From: Octopus vulgaris
Taxonomy: Eukaryota
Direction of reading: 5' to 3'
Assembly: GCA_951406725.2 (NCBI GenBank)
Contig: OX597823.1
Coordinates: forward strand, 34,844,001 to 34,908,000
Length of the DNA: 64,000 bases
Shown: positions 34,216 through 46,800 of the stretch, piece after piece
How the letters are laid out: the number at the start of each line of letters is the position of its first letter
How positions within the stretch are numbered: the first letter of the stretch is position 1
The notes under the pieces: generated by a model
Seen by the model: the letters and a program-made list of their open reading frames with translations, nothing else
The model's database searches: none
What the model was told of the DNA's origin: nothing
Made by a program: the position numbers and the translations under genes

Positions 34216-36033
34216 CATCCAGATAGACGATACAAAGAAAACAAAGATGGGTCATTCAAAATTTTCTTTCCTCAGTCAAGCACCAGATCATCCTCATAAT
34301 TTCGGCTGATTATGCTTGATATTGCTCCAAACTGGAAAAACTAAGCTAAGAGCATTAGATTCCTTGGAAGAAAGCAGTGAATGTATACAAAAACAAGGAC
34401 AGAAAAAATGGAAAATGTTACACAAATACAAATACAATAAAAATAATAATAACAGGGCATAACAAGTGTCTTTTGACTAAGGATGAATTGAATTAAGCTG
34501 GCATGTGTGGAAATGAAGCCTTATGGCAGAGATAGAAAAATTTCACAAACACAGAAGAATATCGATGTTGCACGGACAACAGCCAGACCAAGAAAGAAAG
34601 AACAGGCTGGCCAAACACCGGTCATGTGGGAAAAGAAGAGAGAGAAGTAGAAGCAGAGGGACAGAAGAATTAAGAAGGGGCGAGAAAAAAATGACAGGGA
34701 CACAGTGATGTGAAAAGTGGAAGGAAAGTGAGCAAGAAGAGAAGGCAAAGAAATGTGAAAGAGAGGGAATGAAAGAACGAAGAGTGGAATGAATGAATAA
34801 GCATGAAAGAGCTGATAGACAGAAATAGAGTCGTACAAGATTTAGAAAAATGTGTACTTACATGTAAGAGACCAAGGTGTACGTACGCCGCTATATATAT
34901 ATATATATATATACATAAAATACAAAATGGGAGAAGAACGCGTAACATCCGGACAGCTAGGTGATACAAAAATGGGACAACAAAACATCCAGATGGACGA
35001 TACAAAGATAACAAGGATGGATCATTCGAACTTTTCTTTCTTCAGTCAAGCACCAGATTATATATATATATAATCAAGCACCTGATTATATATATATATA
35101 TATATAATTTTTTTTATTAGAAGCTGACTCAATGGCTGAGTCCTGTACATATAGCATTTTTGAAACTTGATAAGTTTGTTTGTGCATGTTTTTCCATTGT
35201 AGCATGGGTTAGAAACTGAAAGAAGCTGGCCATGTGTGTGTGTTTGTGTATATTGACAAGGCACATGTGTAATAATAAGACGAGACCAAAATATTGTTGG
35301 AAATAAAGCACTAAATTTATTACATGATACAGGCATGGAACATTTACATTTAGAAATCTGTGTTATTCGACAGCAATATATTCCATACTTGTTGCCATAC
35401 TTCAACAGGTGCAAGCATGTTTGACCATGAACCACTTTTTAAAACTTGACTATGAGACATTTTTTTTTTTTCTTTTTGTATTTGTGTATGGTTGAGATTA
35501 AAATATAATGAAATATATTAAACAAAGAGACTAAATGACTGAAACAAGTAAAAGAGTCAGATAAAAATAAAAAATGAAACAAAATAGGGAAATAACCAAA
35601 CAAATAAAAGGACAAAATCTGGCAAAGGCAAAAAATATTGGAAAATTGGCAAAGGTGAAGAATAGAAATAGAAATAAAAAACTTTAAACATATAAGATTG
35701 CTAGATTTTAATTAAAATTATAAATATCAATGTAAGTTTGTATAATGTAGATTATAAAACTGTTAAGAAACATAAAAAATCATATAAGAGTGAAGAAATG
35801 TGTAAAGTATGAACATAGACATGTGAAGGTGCAAGGCTGGGTGATGATCAGTAATAATGTGTCTTTTTATAAGAAATTTTGAATATAGTTCTAAGAGAAA
35901 ATGTAATAAAATATGAAAAAAAATGGAAAGATTGTGACAAGACAGACATCCAGCCATGAAGTAATGTTTCAGTAATATATTCAATCTATTCATTTAACCA
36001 ACATATGTGTACGTGGTTGTGTGTGTGTGCATG

Positions 36034-36072
<39 letters not shown>

Positions 36073-36077
<5 letters not shown>

Positions 36078-36338
36078 TGCAGCATGGAAGGTGTTTGTAA
36101 GCCATTTAAGAAACACACAAAGCCATTCGATTCACTTCAACATTTAAGTTTAATTTGTCAAAATATTTTCGTTGCTATAAGAAAATATTTTGACAAATTA
36201 AACTTAAATGTTGAAGTGAATCAAATGGCTTTTGTGTGTTTCTTAAATGGCTTACAAACATCTTCCACGCTGCAATTGTTTTCGTTCCAGCACACGATCT
36301 CAGATCAAATCACTTGCTATGCAAGAACATCTCCGTAA
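36073..36338. mobile_element. Fold-back of Penelope-like terminal repeats (~98-bp arms) in (TA)n
   Basis: 36073-36170 inverted at 36181-36279 with 3 mismatches and 1 indel; same family at 61702-61946. Confidence 0.75.
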
Positions 36339-36378
36339 TATATATATATATATATATAAGCATAAATACATACATACG

Positions 36379-36434
<56 letters not shown>

Positions 36435-36589
36435 ATACAAGTACATATATATACATATACATGTATATACAAATGCAGATATATACATATACAAGTATAT
36501 ACAAATACATATATATATATCCTTAAAATTCTTAAAAATGTTTCAGCCTGAAAGCTGCGGTCATGCTGGGGCACCACCGCTGACTGTGC

Positions 36590-36846
36590 TACAGTAGTAT
36601 GTGAAACCTCCTCTGATATATGGCACTTGGTCAACAAGGGAGTTCGACACTGCTGCCAGCATCTGTGTTTACTGCCGAGAGGTAGGTTCAGCTGGAACAC
36701 CTGACAAGAAGAAATCAAGTTTAGTTTTAAAGAAACCCACATCCACACCATGCAGGTCTCTCAGGCATTTAGGAAGGATATTGAAGAGCTGTGGTCTCCT
36801 GAAACCCAAGCTGTTGCAGTATCTGGTCCTGTATTTTGATGGTGAT
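36590..36846 (-). mobile_element. CR1-like LINE 3' end
   Basis: [21 protein letters not shown]…[16 protein letters not shown]. Confidence 0.75.
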
Positions 36847-37071
36847 ACATACATATATGCATGTATGTATGTGCTTGTCCCCCCCAACATTGCTTGACAA
36901 CCAATGCTGGTGTGCTTACATTTCCCATAACTTAGTGGTTTGGCAAAAGAGACCGATAGAATAAGTACTAGGCTTACAACGAATAAGTCTTTGAGATGAT
37001 TCACTCAACTAAAGGTAGTGCTCCAGCATGGCCACAGTAAAATGACTGAACAAGTAAAAGAATAAAGGATT

Positions 37072-37102
<31 letters not shown>

Positions 37103-37137
37103 CATATATATATATCTATATACATACACGTATATAT

Positions 37138-37208
<71 letters not shown>

Positions 37209-37340
37209 TATACAGATATATACATACATATACATACACATATATACACACATACGCACACATACATACACATATATACGGACACACATATACATTTACA
37301 TACACACATATGCACACACACACACACATACATACATACA

Positions 37341-37371
<31 letters not shown>

Positions 37372-37372
37372 G
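37072..37372. repeat. (CA)n/(TA)n/(CATA)n microsatellite
   Basis: Seen directly. Confidence 0.97.
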
Positions 37373-37777
37373 CGTGTGAGTGTTGTAAATGAATGTCAAT
37401 CATCTGCTATATTCTGCAAAAACATGTCTGGTCAATTGAAAATGTCTAATACATGCAACATGAAAAAGTGGGTGTTAAAATGATGATGCTACACATGTGT
37501 GGAAAATGGAAACTGGGTGGAAGTCCATTGTGTGTGTGTTTGTGTGTGTGTTTGCATCTGTAATGATATTTACACCAGTTAAAATAATAGGAGAATTTGA
37601 TTACTATATCTGAATTCAGGATTGCTGATTTTATGGGTAAAGCCTTATCTGTAACTGAAAAGTATTTGAAATTTGTAGCCAATTTTAATTGGTAACTTTT
37701 TATGGCAAAATTACTATGAGAATGCAAAAAAAAAATAAGTGAAGGACATTAAGTACTCGGTTTGCTTTACTTTCTTC

Positions 37778-37888
37778 TTAGACAACACAATACTGTTGAA
37801 TGATCCACCGAGCATAGTCATTTGATCCACTTGTTTGGTAAATTAAGGAGAGATTATGTGCAATTTCACGACTCAGATCAAAAACTCC
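37778..37888 (-). CDS. GTF3C3: GTF3C3 last coding exon ([21 protein letters not shown]…YCVV*)
   Basis: Similar to the human C-terminus DLRRDIAYNLSLIYQSSG…YCSI; TAA at 37780-37778. Confidence 0.96.
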   Translation of the reverse strand, partial: GVFDLSREIAHNLSLIYQTSGSNDYARWIIQQYCVV

Positions 37889-40800
37889 CTGCAAAGATAA
37901 GTAAATAAATCATGCATTTATAAAAATATTATGTTGTGTCTAGGGAGAGTCATATTGTCTTAATGTGTTATTATCTAACACACTCACCGGTTTGATTTCC
38001 CCTCATTTATTATTTATATTTTTTCTTCCAAAATTTTCATTGCTTTTGTAACCTCGTCAATGGATGTTGACTCTGTTATTGGGGCAACTCCAATAACAGA
38101 AAAAATATAAATAAGAAATTAATGGAAGTTGAACCAGTGAGTGTGATAGACAATAAAGCATTAAGACATGACTCTCGCCAGACAACAAAATTTGCTTCAA
38201 TACATGAATTCACAAAAAGAATCTTGCAAACCAGATACAAAAACAAAATTAAAATATTAATTATTAGGAAAGACAGAACAATTATTTCAAATAAAGCTAT
38301 AATGCAAATTTCTACTCTCAAAACCTGAATCTTTTGAGACTGAGGTTGCAATCATTTGTAGGTCAATTAGGCCAAAAAGATAGCAAAAACAAATCTTATC
38401 CAACAAAGATTTAATTTTTTTAAATAAACTATTTGTCACATGTTATAAATTAACTAAAAACTGTATTCTTTAGTTTCATTGAATATGAAACTGAAAAAGC
38501 AAACTGTATTTATAACAAACAAAAATAAGAGCATTTATGATAAATATCTCACAAAATCATTAGTGGTTTATGCTTTCAGAATATTTATTTTCAGAATATT
38601 TATTTCCACTGATGAGGTAACAAGTAGATATAAGAGGTAATATTCTGAAGAGGCTGCATTTACATATTTTCAGGCTTTAATCCTTTAGCATTCAGATTAC
38701 TCTGCCAAATGTAATACTTATTCACATTGTTTTGAATTAATCATGTATTGTCTTTCAATGATGGAAGAATACTTGGGCTGGATATAGTTGGTTTAAATGC
38801 TAAATAGTTACAGAGATAATGCAACTTTACCTGGTAGAGATGTCAAAATATGACAGCTTACTTAAAAGTTTTGACAAATTTTATGTACTCATTTTTTTTT
38901 TGTATTTCAAAAATCTTTTAAAACTGATATTGTAATTCTATTTATCCCCTAAAGTTACAGAATAGTTTATTTCTCAAAATAAATCCTAATTCATTTAGGC
39001 TAGTATTGAAGAGGTTATAAATTCAAACATTATCACATTGTATTGAAATGGCTTATGATTTCTATAATATAGTCACTATTAAAACAATGATATTAGCAAT
39101 GACTATTTTTTCATTTGTTAATTTGAGAAAGTATTTTGAAAGTATATTTGAAAAGCACTTTTCAAATATGGATACCAGTACCAGTACCAGGGTAAGGATT
39201 TGTGCAATTGTCATTTGATTTGAACTGATGCAAGAAGGCAGGTGGAAAGAACAGAAAGGAGGTAAATGTCAGGTAGATCTAGTTCTAATTAACTAGACTG
39301 GGCTACTGGGCAGTGGCAATAGATACATTTAATAGATTAAATGGAAGTTATATTAAATCAGCAAACAGTGAGTAATAGGTGCCTTTGCTGTAGCTATAAA
39401 AGAATGCTAGTGAATAGTAAAATCTTGTTTCTCAGTCTTAAGGTTTTATCTTGGATCAATCAAGCATTTCTGTGTATGAGGTGAATTAGACAAGAATTAA
39501 TTAAAAGTTCAAGGAGGCTGGTCAAAGCTAATTTTTTGTTCAGGGTAATCTTCACTAAAGAGAAAATAAGTGTTTCTGTGAAACATTATAACAAAGAATT
39601 TAGTTTTGCAAATACTCATTTTCTTGTGCTGTCTATTGTCTGACCAAATGGAATGCATTGTTATGACTTGCTCTTTTGCTAAAATGGAGATTATTCATGA
39701 ATAATCTCAGTTATAAGTTTAAGCAGCCCTGTCATCACTGCTTAATGTTTCGGATTCTCATTCATGAAGGACATAAATTATTACAAGCAAGTATTGATGC
39801 AGCATGCACATACATATGAAAGGTGTTGAGCTGGTTTTCTCATATTAAATGTGCTTGGAGGTGGGACCAAATAATCCCTGGAGTAAATAAGAGTATAAGA
39901 GAAATGGCTGGCACAGGGAAACATGGAAGCTGAATAGAGTAATGATCATAAGACTTCTGTCAATAGAAGCTGCACTTAAACTTCTTGCCAGAAACTTTTG
40001 TTTGCAATATATTAGTTTTGCCTGAAAATTCCCATGCCAGGCATGACCAAAGACTGCAGATTTCAAAGAAAGTATACAGATGTTTGTTGAGAAGAAAAAG
40101 GATTTAAAAACGGTGTGTATATATGTAGAGTAAGTGATTATTTGTAATTGTTTCCCTGGTATCCAAGAAATGTTGAATGATTAAGTATTGAGCAGATACC
40201 CAGCAAAGATATATATTTGTAGTGATGCCTGGTTCCAGACGCCATTTTGGGATTTTCATCCATGCATGCACAGGGATTAGAGCCTTCCGGAAGCCCCTTA
40301 TGCATATGCACAGTCATCAGCAGCAGCTAGTCTTGACCGCTGTTCTCCCTCTTCGGCCCTGGCTTCTGACTAGACAGGACACAACTTAGACCAGCTCCGT
40401 GGAGCTGGAATTCTGATGGCGAGCGACGTTGCGAGTCTGTGAAAATGCCTTCGTATTTTTGTGTCTAACTACCAACACTGCTGCTTCTCGCACACCAAGA
40501 CGTCCAAGCTACCAATGTCCAGAGATGAAATGTTTATTCAGGTGAAATAAATTATTATTATTATTTGATTGGAGTTTCTTGCTCCCGCTATTTTCCTTTC
40601 CATGACTATGTAAGGAATTGCGAGGCATCCATCCAGTGCCAACTTCACTTCCTATACATTTGTATGCACCCTTATCTCCAGGTTTTGATGGATTGTGAAT
40701 GGGGGATTACTATGGGTGCAGAAAATATAACATTTATCAGTTTAAAGGCTTATGAAGTGGGTAGGACACACAAATAGAAAACTTTAGATATTATAGGCTG

Positions 40801-43800
40801 TCTCAATGCAACAGTTGCAGCTTCCGCACTTTTGGGTTTATGATACTAAAATGGAAAACCAAAGAGTAGTGATGGACAGCAAAATAACTAAGAACAATGA
40901 CTATAGTGAGATAAAAGTTGATGGTGGATTTCCTCATTGTAAGACAATGATGTTTATTAAAATAAAAACCTTTGCTGTTGAATCCAAGTAAAAGACTTGA
41001 GTATTTGTAAAACTAAATTCTTTGCATAAAGCTTTAAGCTAATATCTAACAAAAGTCAGTTTCAATAAATACAAATGAGTTACTTACACCTTTATTACCG
41101 ACTGGAGGAGAACAATGTATCGCTTTTTTGTAATAAAATACAGCAGCATAAGTCAATCCCAGTTGATGCATGGCACGTCCGACATTATATAAGGTTTCCT
41201 GACATTCACCTCGCAGCTCCGTATAGGCATTTACAAAAGAGAGGCCCTGGGAGAGAAAAAAAGAAATGCAGAACATTTTACTAAAATAAAGGTGATTAAA
41301 ATTTCTAAACAAATACTTGTTTTAGAAAATGAATGTTATATATTTATATCCTGTCTATCAAAGCGGTTTTAATTGTAACAATTTATAACAAAAAGCAAAA
41401 CAAAACATACTTGTATCAGGAGGGCATGTTTTTTTGATGAAAATTTCTGGCATGCCATGTGAATGAATGCAAGACCAATGCACAAATTAACTAAAGGGTC
41501 ACTGGGCTGCTGTCTGTAGACATTAACATATTCTCCTAGGAAATGAAATAAAATATGCATAAGCAAAATTTCCAAAGTCTTTTTGCAAGAATAAAAAGCA
41601 TTTTTATCATCAAAAACTTACATAAGAGAGTAAAGCAATAAAAAATATCAGCCATATACATTTCTAACTAATACATTCTCAGAATTTTCTAGTTTAGTAA
41701 CCAGCATATTTTGTGTCTGAACCTGCCTAGATGTATTAACAATGAATATGCAAATATTTGTTCCAGATCTTGTTGCACACAATACAACTAAAAAAATTTT
41801 AAGAAATAGGGTAGAAACTCTATAAGATGTACACTAAATGGAAGATAGTTTTTGTATGTGGCAGATGCTCAGGAGCAATAAACACTGAAATTGTGCAGAG
41901 AATAACTTCCACCACATTTCAGGGAGAAAAACTAGAAGTAGTTGATAGCTTGCATTACCTAGGTGACCAAGTCAGTAGCGGGGGAGGGTGCGCTGAAAGT
42001 GTAGCCACTAGAATAAGAATAGCCTGGGCAAAGTTCAGAGAGCTCTTACCTCTGCTGGTGACAAAGGGCCTCTTGCTTAGAGTAAAAGGTAGACAATATG
42101 ATGCATGTGTACGAACAGTCATACTATATGGCAGTGAAATATGGGCCGTGACTGCTGAGGACATGCGTAAGCTCACAAGAAATGAAGCCAGTATGCTCTG
42201 ATGGATGTGTAATGTCAGAGTGCATACTCGACAGAGTGTTAGTACCTTGAGAGAAAAGTTGGACCTAAGAAGCATCAGATGTGGTGTGCAAGACAGACAA
42301 CTGCGCTGGTATGGCCATGTGGCAAGAATGGATGTGGATAACTGGGTGAAAAAGTGCCACACCCTAGCGGTGGAGGGAACCTGTGGAAGAGGTAGACCCA
42401 GGAAGACCTGGGAAAGGGTGGGCGCATTGTGGATAAGTAAACATTGAAGCAAAATTCATAGTATTAACGAAGAGAATGACAGGAGAAAGGAGAGATGGAG
42501 CAAGCATAAGTTAAATTAAATTAAATTAAATCAAATTAAATAAATTAATCAAGTGAAATATATGAAGTTAAGTTAAATCAATACAGGTGGGGGCTAGTGA
42601 GGCAGAATGTGGATTAATGCTGGGGTTGGGGGCAAAGACCAACTTATCTTATCTGTGCCTATCTTGGCATGCGTGTCTGATAGGTAACCAAAAGGTAAAT
42701 CCTTGAGAGAGAAATCGAAGGTTTGGGATCTTATTTATACTAAATGGTTGGCAGGAGGCAATATGGCTGCCAGAAGTATGCAATGAAAATACATATAGAG
42801 GATATAGAAAGCTCTAAGTAAATACAGAGACGTTTATAACAAGTAAGATATGTAATAAGCTACGAACAAACACCAAGAAATTTGTGTAGTATTTACATAC
42901 CTAAGGAATGTTTATATGTTCCTGATACCATGGAATTATGAGCATTGAGTAAAGCAAGGGCAACGTTGTCTGGATGCTATTAAGACAAAGATGAAAGAAT
43001 TATTGATTTGTTTTTTTTTTTATTTTAATGTTGAAATGTACATTATAACCATTTGGCTCACACAAAGTTATTTGGAATAAATTACATTGCTTTCTGAATA
43101 TATGGAGTGATCTGATTTAAATTAACAAAAAATCATTTCAAATTGCATCCAAAAGAATGTTGAACTATGTTAGGAAATTGTTTTTACATTTAAAATATAT
43201 ATATGGCCTGATCAATAAGTATCTGAACTGTTGCCTTAGTAACGAAGCTAAAGAACACAGGGTAAAACCGCTTAGGGAAGATTGACAGTGAACTCTACTG
43301 TGCATGCACACTAAGTTTTAACGTTCTAGCTCACTTCTGCTGTTTTCAGTAGTGCTTGGAAGGAAGGTGTGTAGCATGTGATCATCGCATTGACCAAGAC
43401 AGAGAAAGGTGAGCAGAGAATCAGCATCAAATTTTGCCAAAAGCTTCATGATACCTGCTCAGAGGCCTATGCAAGGTTTTCAAAAAGTTTTTATCATTCT
43501 TGACATAATAAAGATCTTGTTATTGATCAGACCTCATATATATACTTTTATTCATTAAATATTATTTTTGATGGTTTAGTCAGAGGAGGAAAGGCAGTAC
43601 CTAAAAACTTTCCCAGGATCTCCAAGATTTGTGGGAAGAAAAGAAAACATTATACTCAGAATAGAGATCTGGTCTGAATGCTTTCCACAAAGTTGATTCT
43701 GCTAAAGATCCCCATGGCCAGGTAGTGGTGATGGTCTTGAACTAGTAAACAGATTAATTTTGCCACCCCAAAACACTGACAAAGCTGTGGTTAGCACACG

Positions 43801-46800
43801 GCTATCATAGAAGACATGAGTCCAAGGTGCTGTGCAGTGGAATTGAACTTCAAACTACACAGTTGAAAAGTAAACTTCTTTACCATTAAGTTATACCTAC
43901 TATATTTAAAAATTGAAACACAATCCAATCAGTGAACATTATTTAGTATTTAACTCTTCACTGACCATTTATTCTGACACAAATAGATTGCCTACCTATT
44001 TCACATGGTTTTCAAAATAACCAAAAGTTTGGCAGGCTTTCAAAAAATACCTCTCACACTTTTACTTGTTAGTTTTCATTGTTTAGTTCCTTCAAAAGCA
44101 TTTCAGCCATATCTATCCATTTGACCATTTTACCCAGAATCAAATACCTAGGATCACATTATCCAATATGTCCTTTTCTAACAATGTGGGGTGTGATTTG
44201 TAGAAAATTTGGTTGCTATTTCTAGAAGGTCAAGTTATTGCATAGAGGCTCCCTTATACTAAGCTGATGTTTGGAACAACAAAAGACAAATGTTTAGCAC
44301 ATGAAATGTTGCATTAATGATAAACAAGATTAAATAGGAATACTTGAATCATAAAAGTTTTGAGGTGATTAACGTTCAGTTTTTTGGGGTTTTTTTAAGC
44401 AATACAATTTAAAGTGGAAGTATATAAGATATCGGCTTACTTTCATCATTAGACGTAAACAGAACCTGTTGTGACGCCCATCAGAAGAACATATAATGAC
44501 TTGATTGAAAAGATTCCAGGCTTGGTTATTATTGATTTCCTAAATAAGACAAGAGAAAAGTATTTGATAAAATAATATTTCTATCTGAAACTTTTTAAAA
44601 TTTATAAAAAAGACACTAATTACCTATTAAGCATAGATATAGTAAACTGACTGTCTAAAAGATACTATCACAAAGTAGAATTTTTCTCTTGGAGTATACT
44701 ACATTTGATGTATCTTATGTAAATCTTCCAACATATACTGGTTTCTAACAATTAAATGGAATTCATACATTTATTCTTAAGAAATGGTTTGATTAATTTT
44801 CACTCTCCCTACAAAAGTAATATAATATTTGAAGATGGAAAAGTCAATTTTCTAGCAACTAACTTATACTTTTAATTGAATCCCATATAGCAAACAAAAT
44901 GAACTAAAAAAAATACGCTTTTGAGTAATTAGGAAAAATAACCTTTAAACAATGAAATTAATCACAGCTGTGAAAATAAAACTCAATGACTTCTTTGTTC
45001 TTGCTTCTCATTCATGACTTTATCAAGACCGAATTTTTTACTAATAGTGATCCACAGGTAATTCTTCGATTCTTTTTTGATTGGCAAAAGAGGATTCACA
45101 AAAATATGTTGTTCCAAATTAAATGAGTACACAGAATTCTTTTCCAATGCTGAACACTAAAACTTCTTCAAAGACTAGCTTTTAAATTACAACCAAAGAG
45201 CTTGACTGGTCTGTAAATCAGTAAGATTTTACTTCAATCCATCTGATATTTTCTCCAAGTTGCAGGAATATAGATTCATAAACTTTTTTTTTTTTTTAAA
45301 TCTTTAGTGTTCCATCCAGTAGCAAAATATCCATCAAACAATTTTGACAGCATTTCCAAATATGCTACAATTTCTTCAAGCTCAGTAAGAGTTATGTATC
45401 CAGCATCATCAGTCATCACTTCAAGTGAAGGGAAATTTGAGGGATTGCTTCTTTCTATCTGACACCAAAGGAGTAACTTTTTCTTTGGAATCATTTAGCT
45501 TTTCACAAGCCTTTAACATACTTATCCTTTCTTATCAAGAGAAGCCCTCAGGTCAATCACACAAATGAAACTGTCTGCTCAATAAGCTAGCATATGAATG
45601 AATTTTTGCGATTATAATGCTTCAGCTAGATCACATTTACACTCCTGTAGAAAAACTTTTAATGTCTTGCAGCATGTTTCAAAGAAGTAAATTAAAATTT
45701 CTCCTGTGAAAAAAAAAAAGAGAAAAGAAAAAAAAAAGGACTTTGTCACTTCCTACATCTTCACAAAATGATTAGAAAGATAAGATGATTCAAAGCAATC
45801 CTCCTATTTGGGTGAAATAGCTCATAATTAGTAGTGTGTGTTATTTATGAGTGCATTTAGAAAAATAAAATAAACTAAGTAAAAAAAAAGAATAGCACAA
45901 AAACTAACCTTGACACAAATTTCTCGAATAAGATTATATGCCAGCTTGCCATTTCTACTGAGAGTACAAGCTATAAGGCATAAAAATTCAGCTTCCTACA
46001 GAGAAAACAAGTAACAGTGTGTTATATTTTTCTTATGAATAAAAACATAAATTTTTTTTCTTGGAAGTACATTTATAAAAAATCTTATTAATGTAACGAA
46101 AAATCTGTTGTCACCATTGCTCCTGACAGTACAATGTATCAGGTATAACAGCTCCGTTTTCTGAGAATAAAATACAATATCCATATACACTTCTGAATTT
46201 TGAAATATGTGTGAAGACAAAATTAGTATAACTGAGGTAAAGGTAATGTAAAAACTGGTAAATTTTGAAAGGGCAAATGATTCTGAAAATGTAATGAAAT
46301 CTTAATTAGATATGACAAGCATGTTAGGTTCATATTCTGGTTCAAATCCTGATGGAGTTGACTTTATTTATCATTCTTTTACTTCTGATAAATACTAGTC
46401 AAATGCTGAGGATCAACTAAATCATCTAAAATCCCTATGTTCACCCAAATAATATGTGTAGTCTTGTGCTGATTTCATTCTCATTATTGAAGGCATTATC
46501 GAATATCAATTTCAAATGCATGCAAATGAATTAAATTATAATATACACAATTGATTATAATTACATGGATTTTATAATTTGGGGTTTTACAACTTGATCA
46601 GATATCGTAACATATGAGTAGTTAGTGGTTTCTTTTGAATTTACAGGTTTCTGTTCAAGAAATTAATTTTTCTTTGTCTGTGCTTCAGTAGTTTTCCCAT
46701 ACTTTAGTGGAATACACTATTAGATAATGAAGCTGCATTAGTTTCAGTAAGAAATTTCTCAAACAGGAGGCACTTGGTGCACAGAGGAGGAATTTCAGTC

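Noticed and set aside
38609-38660. CTGATGA and CTGAAGA motifs (also at 28830)
   Set aside because: No stem II, GAAA or stem I/III pairing follows, so not a hammerhead.
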